A stretch of DNA of 58,992 bases from a virus (IMGVR_UViG_3300049783_001388:1-58992), one strand, 5' to 3'; shown: positions 39,899 through 49,602, counted from the stretch's first letter. Numbers and translations: made by a program. Notes: generated by a model from the letters alone, not told the origin.

Positions 39899-42268
39899 AT
39901 GACTGAAGCTGAAATGAAAATGCACATTTGTGATAGGATTAATCAAAAGAACTTTAAAAATATTAAAGGGGTTGATCAATCACTAGACAAAGGTACATTC
40001 GCAAATAAATTATTAACGGACGGAGTTTACAAGGTAGCTGATGCTATTAAGACTTCACTTAATAAAGTAGGTAGGGGCAAGAAACTTAAAGCTAAAATAA
40101 TAATTGAAGAAAAGCTAGGAAAAGAATTTTTAAATGACGAAGATAACTTAATTTCTTTTAGTTTATCATTAGTTGAACTAACTTTATCTAAATTATACTT
40201 AGACAATAGAAAAGTTTCTATGAGAATGTCTGTCGCAAATAAAATAGTTACAAAACTATTAGAGGGTGACAAAAGCAATAAAGAACATGTCCAAGTTGCA
40301 GTAAGTCTATTCGAAACAGTTGTGGATTCTTTACCATTTTTAAATGTAGAAAAATATTATGAAAATGGTGACACAAGGTTTGAATATTACCTTAATGAAG
40401 ATGTGCTTGGAGATATTAAGTACTTAATAAATTCATTCATACGTGATGGTTATTACCCAATGCCAATGACAATAAAGCCTACTGATTGGCAATTTGTTAA
40501 TGGGAAACTAATTGGTGGGTACAATTCTCTTAAGACTGATTTAATTAGGAGTAGTAAAATATCAATGCCAAACTCATTATTTAATCCATCTTTTTTAGAA
40601 GACAGCGAACCCATAAGGGCATTAAATAAAATACAAAGTGTCCCATATAGGATTAACAGGAATAATTTAATTAGATTAAAAAATGATTTAAAGTTGCCAA
40701 CCAAGCCAGAAATACCAGATGGATTTTCTCAATGGGGTAAAGATTGGGCATACTATAAGGAAGACATTAAAATATTCGAAAGGGTTGGGGGTTGTGAACC
40801 TGAAAAGCCAATTATAGAACCTGAAAAACATGAAGAGTTTGTTAAATATTTATCTAAGAAAAAGAAATATATTAGCGATTTAGGTAAGTACAATACAAAC
40901 TCGCTATCTGTTAAAATAGCGGAAGAGTTGGTTGACGAGAAATGTATTTACTTCCCACATAATTTTGATTACAGGGGCAGGATGTATCCAATACCAATTG
41001 GGTTATCCCCACAAGGTAACGATGTATCTAAAGGTTTGTTAGAGTTTTATGAACCAGTACAACTAACTAAGGAAGGTATTTCTGAGTGTGTAGCATATCT
41101 CGCATCAACTTATGGGCACGATAAAGAAAGTTGGGAAAGCAGGTATAAGATAGGTTTAGAGCTAATGCAAAATCCTAATACAAGCTATAAAGATGCAGAA
41201 GAACCTTATGTTTTTGCACAAATATGGGATTTAATATGGCAAATAAACTCTCGCAATCTTGAAAGTCGTGTGGCAATAGCTATAGATGGCTCATGTAATG
41301 GCATACAACACATGAGCGCAATAACTCTTGATAAGAATGGGGGCAAAAATGTAAACTTATGCAATGAAACAAAAAGGTTTGATATATATCAAATAATTGC
41401 TAAGAAAAGTGTTGAAATAATGTTTGAAAGGGAAAGGGAACTTAAAGCTTTTGAAATGTTAGATGAAAAAGAGCAAAAGGAGTTAGAATTATTGCCAAAC
41501 TTAATTGAAATAATGCTAGGTGATAAATCAAGGAAGATAGCTAAACGACCTGTTATGATAAACCCTTATGGGGGTTCATTTACAGGCTATAAATCTTACG
41601 TCCTTGAATCTCTAAAGGAATATTATCCAATATACGGAAACCAATTTACAGCTGGAATACTTACTAAATATATTAGTGAAGCAATGAAGGAAGGCTTAAA
41701 GGGGGGAAGCCTATATAAGAAATGGGTCAGTTCTGCCTTTAAACAGGTCGCAAATTCAATCGAATCCCATAATGAAGGTTCAATATATTTTACAACACCT
41801 GATGGATTTGTAGTTAGGAATTTTATGTATAAGATAAACAGTAAGCAGTACGATATTAAGAGCCTTGTTAATAGGTCTGGGACTAGGAGGGTTAAGCTCC
41901 AAACCATAACTAATGAAATAAACTCTAGAAAGATATCTACAGCCATACAGCCAAACATTATCCACTCACTTGATGCAACACACTTAAGGATGACAACATT
42001 AAGTATGTGTGATAACGGTGTGGATCAACTATGGTTTATACACGACTCTTTCGCTACTAACCCCAATAGCGTAGTAATGTTGAATAGGATTACTAGGGAA
42101 ACATTCATTGAACTATATAATGAAAATAACCCAAACCATCCACTAAACTTACTATATAGGGATATTCAGGATCAAGTAGGGGTTATAGAAAAAGATTTCC
42201 CAAGATTCAAGGGTAAGGATAAATTAATAATGAGCGAAGTATTACAAAACGAATTCTTTTTCGCATAA
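39899..42268 (+). CDS. T7-like single-subunit DNA-directed RNA polymerase
   Basis: DYRGRMY, motif A AIDGSCNGIQH, motif B RKIAKRPVMINPYGG, TPDGF, PNIIHSLDA, motif C IHDSF. Confidence 0.97.
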   Translation: MTEAEMKMHICDRINQKNFKNIKGVDQSLDKGTFANKLLTDGVYKVADAIKTSLNKVGRGKKLKAKIIIEEKLGKEFLNDEDNLISFSLSLVELTLSKLYLDNRKVSMRMSVANKIVTKLLEGDKSNKEHVQVAVSLFETVVDSLPFLNVEKYYENGDTRFEYYLNEDVLGDIKYLINSFIRDGYYPMPMTIKPTDWQFVNGKLIGGYNSLKTDLIRSSKISMPNSLFNPSFLEDSEPIRALNKIQSVPYRINRNNLIRLKNDLKLPTKPEIPDGFSQWGKDWAYYKEDIKIFERVGGCEPEKPIIEPEKHEEFVKYLSKKKKYISDLGKYNTNSLSVKIAEELVDEKCIYFPHNFDYRGRMYPIPIGLSPQGNDVSKGLLEFYEPVQLTKEGISECVAYLASTYGHDKESWESRYKIGLELMQNPNTSYKDAEEPYVFAQIWDLIWQINSRNLESRVAIAIDGSCNGIQHMSAITLDKNGGKNVNLCNETKRFDIYQIIAKKSVEIMFERERELKAFEMLDEKEQKELELLPNLIEIMLGDKSRKIAKRPVMINPYGGSFTGYKSYVLESLKEYYPIYGNQFTAGILTKYISEAMKEGLKGGSLYKKWVSSAFKQVANSIESHNEGSIYFTTPDGFVVRNFMYKINSKQYDIKSLVNRSGTRRVKLQTITNEINSRKISTAIQPNIIHSLDATHLRMTTLSMCDNGVDQLWFIHDSFATNPNSVVMLNRITRETFIELYNENNPNHPLNLLYRDIQDQVGVIEKDFPRFKGKDKLIMSEVLQNEFFFA

Positions 42269-42277
42269 AATTATAAA

Positions 42278-42592
42278 ATGGAATTAACAGGAAAATGTAA
42301 AGAAGATTTTGAGAAGTGGTTAATAAATAATGAAGAAATTCAAGATATTAAGAACAAGGACAAAGATATGCACCATTGGCTCACCTTTAAAGGATTTAAT
42401 AATTTACACTATACAATGAAAATTGGAGTATTGGTTAAATTCTTTTGGCATAATGGAATATGTGTTCCACACTATTGGGTATCAATTTTGATTGGTGAAA
42501 TAGAATATAAAGATTATGTATTTACAAAAATAGAAAATGCAAATAAAATGTATAATGATAAAAAAATAAATTATGGAATTGACAACAGTTGA
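42278..42592 (+). CDS. Hypothetical protein
   Basis: MELTGKCKEDFEKW start; ORF. Confidence 0.65.
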   Translation: MELTGKCKEDFEKWLINNEEIQDIKNKDKDMHHWLTFKGFNNLHYTMKIGVLVKFFWHNGICVPHYWVSILIGEIEYKDYVFTKIENANKMYNDKKINYGIDNS

Positions 42593-43103
42593 AAAAAACA
42601 GGGTCGTAAATCACCCATCAATACAGATACTAAAAAGTTTAAAAAGTGAATTCCTTAATAATGATATTATTTTCGTTGGTGGTGGATTAATTGACTTACT
42701 TGAGGGGAGAGAACCAAAAGATATTGATATTTTTCTCAAACACAACAGAAATATATATCATGAAAAATTGATTAAATTTGGGTTCAAGTATATATCTGAC
42801 AGTAGTACGGCTAAGACATTTAGTTTTGGTGGATATGTATTCCAATTATTAAAAAAGTCCATTACGGAATTTGATTTCAAAATAAGTAAATCAACTTATT
42901 CAATTTCTCATGATAGTTGGGATATTGATTTAATATCCTTTAGGGATAAAACTTTAATACCAGATTTTCTAGCAAGTCCAGGAATGATACTAAATTCATT
43001 AAGTAGGATACCCCATTGGCGTAAAAAGGGATATACGATTAGTGATGTTGCTTATCAAAGTTTATTGAACAAGTTATCAGGTAAAATAATTATTAAATCT
43101 TAG
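42573..43103 (+). CDS. Nucleotidyltransferase (CCA-adding/poly(A) polymerase head-like)
   Basis: FVGG..IDLLEGREPKDIDIF and FDF.I motifs. Confidence 0.75.
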   Translation: MELTTVEKNRVVNHPSIQILKSLKSEFLNNDIIFVGGGLIDLLEGREPKDIDIFLKHNRNIYHEKLIKFGFKYISDSSTAKTFSFGGYVFQLLKKSITEFDFKISKSTYSISHDSWDIDLISFRDKTLIPDFLASPGMILNSLSRIPHWRKKGYTISDVAYQSLLNKLSGKIIIKS

Positions 43104-43274
43104 ATTTTACTATTTTTTGTTAATATACCTAATATTTATTATCAATCCTTTATTTAATGCCATTTAAGGCACATTTAAAGCTTCTTATTAATATTAGGTA
43201 TATTAATAAGCATTAAAAATAAAGAACGCTTAAACAAGCTTAAAATTAGTTTGATTAAAGTTTTTAAATTTAAA

Positions 43275-43315
43275 TCCAATTATGCAAATTTTACTTTAAT
43301 TTAGTTATATATTTG
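43275..43315 (+). promoter_or_regulatory. TCCAA/-7 promoter cassette
   Basis: TCCAA 43275, TATATTTG 43308 (offset 33). Confidence 0.75.
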
Positions 43316-43365
43316 TATCGCCAACAAGGCAAAAATAGTTTATTAATCCATTAAAAAATAAAGAA

Positions 43366-43899
43366 ATGGCAAAAGTAGTGAAAAAGCAACCTTTAAGAGT
43401 TGCAGGTAAAGTAACAGCAACATCAGCTGAACCAGTTGCAAAAAAGAAAATTGTAAGAAAACCAATTGAGCAAGCTGAAGAAGTTGAAGTAGTTGAAGCA
43501 GTTGAATTAACAGCTGAAGAGCAGCAGGAATTGGAAAAGGAAGTTGAGGCTAAAAAGTCAAAAGCTAAAGCCAAAAAAGAAAAGGCTGAAGCCAAATTAC
43601 AAACTGAATCTGATGCAATTAAAAATTGCGGTTATGTAGTTGGTGATGTAGCAAGAACCAAGAATGGTTCTGAAAAAGAAATTACCAAAATAACCTCAAG
43701 AGCACAAGGGGTTCATTTATGGTGGGAAACATTAGGTGGGATTTCTGCAGGTGGAAATTATACTTCACGTATCCTAGGTAAGGTTGTCGATGGCAACTTA
43801 ATTGACCCAATTACAAATCTAGCTATTGAAGTAGCTGAAAAGCCAAAAGCAAAGAAAAAAGCTGAAAAGGTTGAACCAGTAAGCCAAGAAGAGGAGTAA
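43366..43899 (+). CDS. Lys/Glu/Ala-rich protein with its own promoter and terminator
   Basis: Charge-segregated low-complexity sequence. Confidence 0.7.
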   Translation: MAKVVKKQPLRVAGKVTATSAEPVAKKKIVRKPIEQAEEVEVVEAVELTAEEQQELEKEVEAKKSKAKAKKEKAEAKLQTESDAIKNCGYVVGDVARTKNGSEKEITKITSRAQGVHLWWETLGGISAGGNYTSRILGKVVDGNLIDPITNLAIEVAEKPKAKKKAEKVEPVSQEEE

Positions 43900-43922
43900 A
43901 CCCCTTAAGGTGAAGCAAATAG

Positions 43923-43950
43923 AAAGGTGTGTACGTATATACACCTTTTT
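43923..43950 (+). terminator. Intrinsic terminator
   Basis: AAAGGTGTGTA / TATACACCTTT plus T run. Confidence 0.85.
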
Positions 43951-43993
43951 ATTTTTTAAATAGCGTCTTCAGCAGTAACCAATACAAGCAAAA

Positions 43994-44155
43994 ATGGAAC
44001 AAAAAAGAAAAGTAATGTGGATCTACAAAAAAAGTTGGCGAAAACAACTTATTAAAGATAACTTGACATTAGACCAAGCAAGGAAAATGGTTAAAGAAGA
44101 TCAAGATAAAGGGGAAAGCACTAAAGTTAAAATTATGATATATGTCAAAATGTAA
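43994..44155 (+). CDS. 53-aa protein not in the ORF track
   Basis: MEQKRKVMWIYKKSWRKQLIKDNLTLDQARKM... Confidence 0.55.
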   Translation: MEQKRKVMWIYKKSWRKQLIKDNLTLDQARKMVKEDQDKGESTKVKIMIYVKM

Positions 44156-44318
44156 ATATTTAATTGGGATAGGTAAAAATCTTATAAACAAGTATAAAAG
44201 ATTACAGCCAAAGCATAGAGCAGAATTCATTATCGAAAAACATTTTGATGGTAATTATCCAACAGATGAAAACACTTTCTTACAAACAGAACAAATGTAT
44301 ATTGATGCATTAAGTTAA
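44142..44318 (+). CDS. 58-aa protein not in the ORF track
   Basis: MSKCKYLIGIGKNLINKYKRLQ...; fills the gap before the ligase. Confidence 0.5.
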   Translation: MSKCKYLIGIGKNLINKYKRLQPKHRAEFIIEKHFDGNYPTDENTFLQTEQMYIDALS

Positions 44319-44335
44319 ACTTCAAAAATAAAAAT

Positions 44336-45415
44336 ATGGCATTAAAATTCAAACCTCAACTAATAGGTAACTTTGGATCAGGTGTAATACCTGATTGGCA
44401 TAAGCTAATTAAAGAACCAAAAGATTATCTTGTATCTACAAAAAAAGATGGTAATTGTATATTGCTTGAAAATGGTATTTCAAAAGGCAGGAGCTTAAAG
44501 GGATCACCAAGTAAAAGGGTACAAGAAATGGCTAAAGCCTTCCACAAAAAATACAATATTGATGGAATAGTTCATGGTGAATTCTATGCTGAAGGATTTA
44601 CATTCCCAGAAATTCAACACTTCTATAGCACAGTTGATATATCTTCTCCAAGTAAAATAAATGAATACCAAAACTTATGGGAAAAGACGAATGGTGGTAC
44701 TGAAACATACCAGTCTGTGCATAAAAACAGAATAGTTGAAAAACGTTGGGAGTTTCTCGGTAGGGACCCTGAATGGTTGACTACTTGGCATGATGAATTA
44801 AAATTCCATATATTTGATTATTTTAATGGTGACCAAAATTTAAATAAAGAAGATAGGTATTTTGCAATTGACGATATTATTGAAGAGGATTGCGATCTTG
44901 CACTTGTAATTCCACAATACGAATTTAAATCAGTTGCAGATATTATTGAATATTGCCAATATGAAATTAGTTCAGGGTATGAAGGTTTGGTAATATCCCA
45001 TAAACATTCACCATACAAATTTGGAAGGCATACTATAAAATCTGGAATGGTTTTTAAAATGAAGGATGACTTAAACGAATGGGATGCAGTTATTCTAAGT
45101 GTTGAAGAAGGTACACAAATAAAAGAAGGCGTTGAACGCACACTTAATGAATTAGGTAGATCTGTTACAAGTGGTAAACAAGATGACAGGAAGCCTAATG
45201 GTAAAGCTAAAGGATTTAGGGTAGAGCTTGAAAATGGTAAAGAAATGATAGTAAGCCTAAAAGGGTACACTGATGGTGAAAAGGTTGCTTTACTCGTGTA
45301 TGCTGATAAATATGTTGGTAAGACAATTAGGTTTACAGGTATGCATCCAGTAAAGAAAAATGGTGTACCTCGTCACGCACATTTCACAAAAGGTAACTTT
45401 AGAGATAGCAAATAA
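44336..45415 (+). CDS. ATP-dependent DNA ligase
   Basis: STKKDG adenylation motif, HGE, FHIFD, YEGLVI, FKMK, C-terminal OB fold with PRH..F. Confidence 0.9.
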   Translation: MALKFKPQLIGNFGSGVIPDWHKLIKEPKDYLVSTKKDGNCILLENGISKGRSLKGSPSKRVQEMAKAFHKKYNIDGIVHGEFYAEGFTFPEIQHFYSTVDISSPSKINEYQNLWEKTNGGTETYQSVHKNRIVEKRWEFLGRDPEWLTTWHDELKFHIFDYFNGDQNLNKEDRYFAIDDIIEEDCDLALVIPQYEFKSVADIIEYCQYEISSGYEGLVISHKHSPYKFGRHTIKSGMVFKMKDDLNEWDAVILSVEEGTQIKEGVERTLNELGRSVTSGKQDDRKPNGKAKGFRVELENGKEMIVSLKGYTDGEKVALLVYADKYVGKTIRFTGMHPVKKNGVPRHAHFTKGNFRDSK

Positions 45416-45443
45416 AACCAAACAACTTAAATTTAAATCTGTA

Positions 45444-45473
45444 GCCCTATACATTAGTCTGTATAGGGTTTTT
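45444..45473 (+). terminator. Intrinsic terminator
   Basis: GCCCTATACA / TGTATAGGGT plus T run. Confidence 0.8.
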
Positions 45474-45561
45474 ATATGCTTTTTATACAAATGTACCAAA
45501 CAAAAATAAAGATGGCTTAAAATGGCTTAAAATGGCTTTGATTAAATTATTTAAACTTTAG

Positions 45562-45602
45562 TCCAAGTATTAAAAATTTATTAAATTAATGCCTTAAATT
45601 TA
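45562..45602 (+). promoter_or_regulatory. TCCAA/-7 promoter cassette
   Basis: TCCAA 45562, TAAATTTA 45595 (offset 33). Confidence 0.7.
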
Positions 45603-45626
45603 CACTATAATTAAAAACAATACAAA

Positions 45627-45863
45627 ATGGGAAAAAATCGAAAACAGTATCTAGCATTCACCAATTCAACTTTCGCTTATGACAGCACAAAATTTGAGGC
45701 TATTGTAAGGCTAAAAAATGAATTAAAAAAGCAAAATCGTGAAGCAATTAGTTGTTGGCTATATGATTCTGCAAGAATCCCCGAAGGGACACATGTAATT
45801 CACAAAAATGGCATAGTATCTTGGGGTGGGAATAACTATACAACTGATCTAATAAAATTATAA
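45627..45863 (+). CDS. Hypothetical protein
   Basis: ORF behind a promoter. Confidence 0.65.
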   Translation: MGKNRKQYLAFTNSTFAYDSTKFEAIVRLKNELKKQNREAISCWLYDSARIPEGTHVIHKNGIVSWGGNNYTTDLIKL

Positions 45864-45867
45864 AATA

Positions 45868-46182
45868 ATGAAAAAAACACAAACAGAAATTAAGCCAGTA
45901 ATTGGTAGACCATTTACAGTACACGTAGACCAGGAATCTAAGCCTGAAATTTCAAACCCATTAGCATTCATTGAACAGGCTTATAAGCCGAGTTATAGTG
46001 GTAATTTGAACATTATAAGGTATGGTCAATATAAATTGTTGGGATATAAATATGACTTTAGACACATGTTGAATAATTACCTATATAAGCAATACGGTGA
46101 TTGGCAAGAATCTTGGGCTCCAAATGAAGAAATTTTAAGAAAAGTTATTTCAGGTAAAATTGATAAAATTGTTAAAATTTAA
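45868..46182 (+). CDS. Hypothetical protein
   Basis: Tightly packed ORF. Confidence 0.65.
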   Translation: MKKTQTEIKPVIGRPFTVHVDQESKPEISNPLAFIEQAYKPSYSGNLNIIRYGQYKLLGYKYDFRHMLNNYLYKQYGDWQESWAPNEEILRKVISGKIDKIVKI

Positions 46183-46184
46183 TT

Positions 46185-46460
46185 ATGAGAACAATTGATA
46201 AAATTATAACTGAAGTTGGCTCAAAGTATGGATCACCTATGGGTAGGAAAAATGTAATACCTGAACCATACTCATGGGACTTTGATTTTTCAGGTAGGAA
46301 ATGGATACCTGATGGTCAAAATAAAAGGATTTATGACTGCAGAGTTAAAATGTCACCTTGTGGAGCTTATGATAGTGGAGGTGCATATTGGGGTATTGCA
46401 AGAGAGTTGAGAGTAAGTTACACAAAAGATCTAACATTAATTTATTTTTATAGAGTATGA
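46185..46460 (+). CDS. Hypothetical protein
   Basis: YGSPMGR...YDSGGAYWG motif seen in phage hypothetical proteins. Confidence 0.7.
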   Translation: MRTIDKIITEVGSKYGSPMGRKNVIPEPYSWDFDFSGRKWIPDGQNKRIYDCRVKMSPCGAYDSGGAYWGIARELRVSYTKDLTLIYFYRV

Positions 46461-46735
46461 TTTATAAAATAATTGTGGCTTCTGGATCTATAAATGGTTT
46501 AAATATAAGACAAACAGATTGTTGTTGGATGTATAAATCTATTATGATTAGGATTAATAAATGTAGAAACAATATAAAAGATCTATCACCATTAGAATTA
46601 TTTGAAGTAATTATTAGATTAAGTAAGAAAGGTTTATATCACTTTAAAAAATATATATTTCAATATTGGGAATGTTCTAAATATAATATTTGGGAAATTA
46701 GAAAAATTAAAAAAACAATTAAATATTTATCATGA
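46457..46735 (+). CDS. Hypothetical protein
   Basis: ATGA-coupled ORF. Confidence 0.55.
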   Translation: MIYKIIVASGSINGLNIRQTDCCWMYKSIMIRINKCRNNIKDLSPLELFEVIIRLSKKGLYHFKKYIFQYWECSKYNIWEIRKIKKTIKYLS

Positions 46736-47004
46736 TAACGCAAGAAAACTTTAAGGCAGTACTTGACGATTTAACGCTAGAACAATTAAAAGAGTATTGG
46801 GAATCTCAATATGACATGGTATTAGTTATTTTATCACAAACGAACTCTGGATATTCAACAACATTAAAATTTGCTACATTCAGTGATGATTGGGATGAAT
46901 ACCTAAACAATGGTAATATATGTTGTGACAAAGATGAGTTTGCTTCTTATCTCCACTATTATGAACCTAAAAACTGGTTAGAATTCTACAACAATAAAGA
47001 TTAA
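46732..47004 (+). CDS. Hypothetical acidic protein
   Basis: ATGA-coupled ORF. Confidence 0.65.
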   Translation: MITQENFKAVLDDLTLEQLKEYWESQYDMVLVILSQTNSGYSTTLKFATFSDDWDEYLNNGNICCDKDEFASYLHYYEPKNWLEFYNNKD

Positions 47005-47030
47005 AATTTATTCATATAAGGTAAGTTGAT

Positions 47031-47071
47031 TCCAACTTTAAGTAGTTGTGTTTAAATTTGCCTTAAATTTG
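47031..47071 (+). promoter_or_regulatory. TCCAA/-7 promoter cassette
   Basis: TCCAA 47031, TAAATTTG 47064 (offset 33). Confidence 0.75.
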
Positions 47072-47091
47072 TTTATAAACAAAGCAGTATT

Positions 47092-47394
47092 ATGGGAAAC
47101 ATCAGGGTAAGTAAAAGTTCAGCACCAGATAAATATGAACAAAAATTGAAAAGTAATGGCGAATTCATAAGTTCAATACATAACGAATGGGAAGCTGATG
47201 GTGATCGCTATTTTGAAGCTATGCTATTTAATAAAAAAGGTAAAATAGAATCATTAAGTTTATATGAAAATGAATCATTAATAAAATTTGAAAATTATAT
47301 CACAAAAGGTATAGTTTCTAAATTAGAATGTAGGACATTGATTAAAAATGGTATTGAAACAAGAGAATACGGAAATCCAAAATCATTAATGTAA
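47092..47394 (+). CDS. Hypothetical protein
   Basis: ORF behind a promoter. Confidence 0.65.
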   Translation: MGNIRVSKSSAPDKYEQKLKSNGEFISSIHNEWEADGDRYFEAMLFNKKGKIESLSLYENESLIKFENYITKGIVSKLECRTLIKNGIETREYGNPKSLM

Positions 47395-47404
47395 AAACAT
47401 TATT

Positions 47405-47599
47405 ATGGGAAAAAATTTAGAACAAGTTAGAACATTAGTAAATGAGCTTGATACAATTGCAGAACAGATACAAAGTCTTCTAGATGAGGAAATTGAAATT
47501 GATGGTGAGTTAAATGGTGAAGACGTTGATTTATTACACCAAATGGAATGCATACAAAATGATGTTACTATCTATCAAGAACAAAAAGGATACATTTAA
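47405..47599 (+). CDS. Small acidic protein
   Basis: 64 aa, very D/E-rich. Confidence 0.65.
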   Translation: MGKNLEQVRTLVNELDTIAEQIQSLLDEEIEIDGELNGEDVDLLHQMECIQNDVTIYQEQKGYI

Positions 47600-47624
47600 A
47601 TTGATTATAATTTTAAAAGTTGAA

Positions 47625-47664
47625 TCCAATTTAGTAAATTTTTGTTTACTTTGGTGTAACTTTA
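47625..47664 (+). promoter_or_regulatory. TCCAA/-7 promoter cassette
   Basis: TCCAA 47625, TAACTTTA 47657 (offset 32). Confidence 0.65.
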
Positions 47665-47689
47665 CAGTATAATTTAAAACAGCAATATT

Positions 47690-48289
47690 ATGGAAATGAC
47701 ACCTATGGGGTTAAAAAGGAAAAAATCAATAAGCAGTTCAAGAGAAATGGCTATGGATGAAATTGAAGCTAATTGTAAAAATTACAAACTTAATGATTCC
47801 CTCTTTAAAGATTATAAAGATTTGCGTAACGCATTAGATACGGTTTCTGCAAATATAGACCCAAGATCTTCACTTAATAATGTAAACATAATTGACTTAT
47901 TAAATGAGAAATCAAAATATTTAATGCAAGTTGGGGACGAATTAGTAAACTTTGAAAAAGAAAAAGAATTTGTTAATGTAAATAAGTTAAAGTGGGATGA
48001 GAATATAATAAAGTGCTTTATGGAATATAATTATATTGAACCAATTTTAAACAGGCTTGATGAGATTAAAATTGATATCCTTGGCATTGGTGGCGTAATT
48101 GAATATTCCCGTAAAATGGAAAACTTAAATGACACTTTGCATGAATTGCAAAATGCTAATTTCCATTCAGACTATTATTTGAAAGAAGCAAATGAACTAA
48201 TTGAAATCATTAAAACTTGTATTTCAATTAAAGGTGAAATAGCTAAAATGTATGAGTATGAGAATAAATTGATAGGGTATGGCAAATAA
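47690..48289 (+). CDS. Hypothetical helical protein
   Basis: ORF behind a promoter. Confidence 0.65.
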   Translation: MEMTPMGLKRKKSISSSREMAMDEIEANCKNYKLNDSLFKDYKDLRNALDTVSANIDPRSSLNNVNIIDLLNEKSKYLMQVGDELVNFEKEKEFVNVNKLKWDENIIKCFMEYNYIEPILNRLDEIKIDILGIGGVIEYSRKMENLNDTLHELQNANFHSDYYLKEANELIEIIKTCISIKGEIAKMYEYENKLIGYGK

Positions 48290-48689
48290 ATTAAGATACG
48301 AAAATTACAGTGACACTATTAGACAAATGCCACAGAATTATCTTATAGCCAGTAAAAAATGTAACAGATGGTTATGCGAGCCGGATCTTGAAGTTGATGT
48401 TAACCTTGCAGTGATTGTATTTAAATCTTTACTAATTTATGAAAATAAATACGAAACTGATGGTAACAATTTATTGAAAAAATTAAGAAAAGTCATTAAT
48501 TCAAATGTCAAACCTATTGTAGGTAAAACATACTCGTTAGATTGGGATGGTGAGACTTATGCAAAGGTAGTCGAAATTTCAAAAGATGGAATAATATTAT
48601 TTTCTGAAGATCGCCAGGATGATGAAGCTTTTATGAACATAAATGTTGAACAGTTTAAAGATATGTTAAATTATGAAATTACTATTTAA
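48279..48689 (+). CDS. Hypothetical protein
   Basis: Coupled ORF. Confidence 0.65.
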   Translation: MANKLRYENYSDTIRQMPQNYLIASKKCNRWLCEPDLEVDVNLAVIVFKSLLIYENKYETDGNNLLKKLRKVINSNVKPIVGKTYSLDWDGETYAKVVEISKDGIILFSEDRQDDEAFMNINVEQFKDMLNYEITI

Positions 48690-48876
48690 ATTAATGCTCA
48701 TAGTCATAGTGGCACAGCTATTCAGTTGCGTTATTGTGATAAATCACCCAAAAGAAAATAATAGAATTAAAGATTCTACTATTGTATTAATAAAAGAAGC
48801 ATTCCCAATAAGAGATTTTTACAGGGATGCACAAAGAAGGCGCGAGCTAAAGAGGTATGGTAGAAAAGATAATTAG
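48673..48876 (+). CDS. Putative small lipoprotein/membrane protein
   Basis: Hydrophobic N-terminus ending LFSC (lipobox-like). Confidence 0.55.
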   Translation: MKLLFKLMLIVIVAQLFSCVIVINHPKENNRIKDSTIVLIKEAFPIRDFYRDAQRRRELKRYGRKDN

Positions 48877-49342
48877 TGTAGCAATATTGATGTCACTTTC
48901 AGGGGGGGTTATGTCACAAAAAATTGCCATGAATAATGTGAAAATACCATCATCTATTAATGATCAAATATTCACAGAAGAATTCTTACAACTGCAAAGG
49001 TTCTATGAATCAAGCAACAACCAAAATGCCATTTCAACATCCGGTGCAATAGGTGTAGCTCAGTTTATGCCTAAGACCTGGTCATGGTTAAAGCATAAAA
49101 AGATTATACCTTCCCATTATTCAATAAATAATGAAAAACATCAAATAAGATCACAAAGGTTATATATGGAATATCTTTACAATAGACCATGGAAACCATA
49201 TTATGACAGTTACAGGGCAACAATAGCTTCATATAATTGTGGAAGAGGGAAAGTATTAAGGCTAATGAAAAATTATTTCATATATTGGGAATTGTACCTC
49301 CCACTTGAAACAAAGAATTACCTAAAGAAATTAACAAATTGA
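48857..49342 (+). CDS. Lytic transglycosylase (SLT domain)
   Basis: YESS..QNAIS..GAIGVAQFMP.TW and ASYNCG; signal-like N-terminus. Confidence 0.92.
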   Translation: MVEKIISVAILMSLSGGVMSQKIAMNNVKIPSSINDQIFTEEFLQLQRFYESSNNQNAISTSGAIGVAQFMPKTWSWLKHKKIIPSHYSINNEKHQIRSQRLYMEYLYNRPWKPYYDSYRATIASYNCGRGKVLRLMKNYFIYWELYLPLETKNYLKKLTN

Positions 49343-49367
49343 TCTAACAATCTTTATTAAATAAACT

Positions 49368-49391
49368 AAAGCCCAAATCAAGGGCTTTTTT
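49368..49391 (+). terminator. Intrinsic terminator
   Basis: AAAGCCC-AAATCAA-GGGCTTT plus T run. Confidence 0.8.
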
Positions 49392-49536
49392 AATGGCATA
49401 AAACGTAATATAGGCTCAGTGTACCATTTAAGCTATTTTAAAACAAATTTAAGGTATCTTTATTACTTTTTAATACCAACATACCATTTAATATATTGAT
49501 GGCTTAAAATGGCTTAAAAATAATTTAAAATCCTTA

Positions 49537-49577
49537 TCCAATTTGAATAAATTATAGCGTTTAATACCTTAAATTTA
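49537..49577 (+). promoter_or_regulatory. TCCAA/-7 promoter cassette
   Basis: TCCAA 49537, TAAATTTA 49570 (offset 33). Confidence 0.7.
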
Positions 49578-49602
49578 CGGTACAATAATAAAACAGCAAT
49601 AA

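Noticed and set aside
17330-42268. Introns or inteins in the reductase, RecA, DnaB, DnaE or RNAP
   Set aside because: The ORFs are continuous and of ordinary length, with no intein splice-junction or homing endonuclease insert seen.
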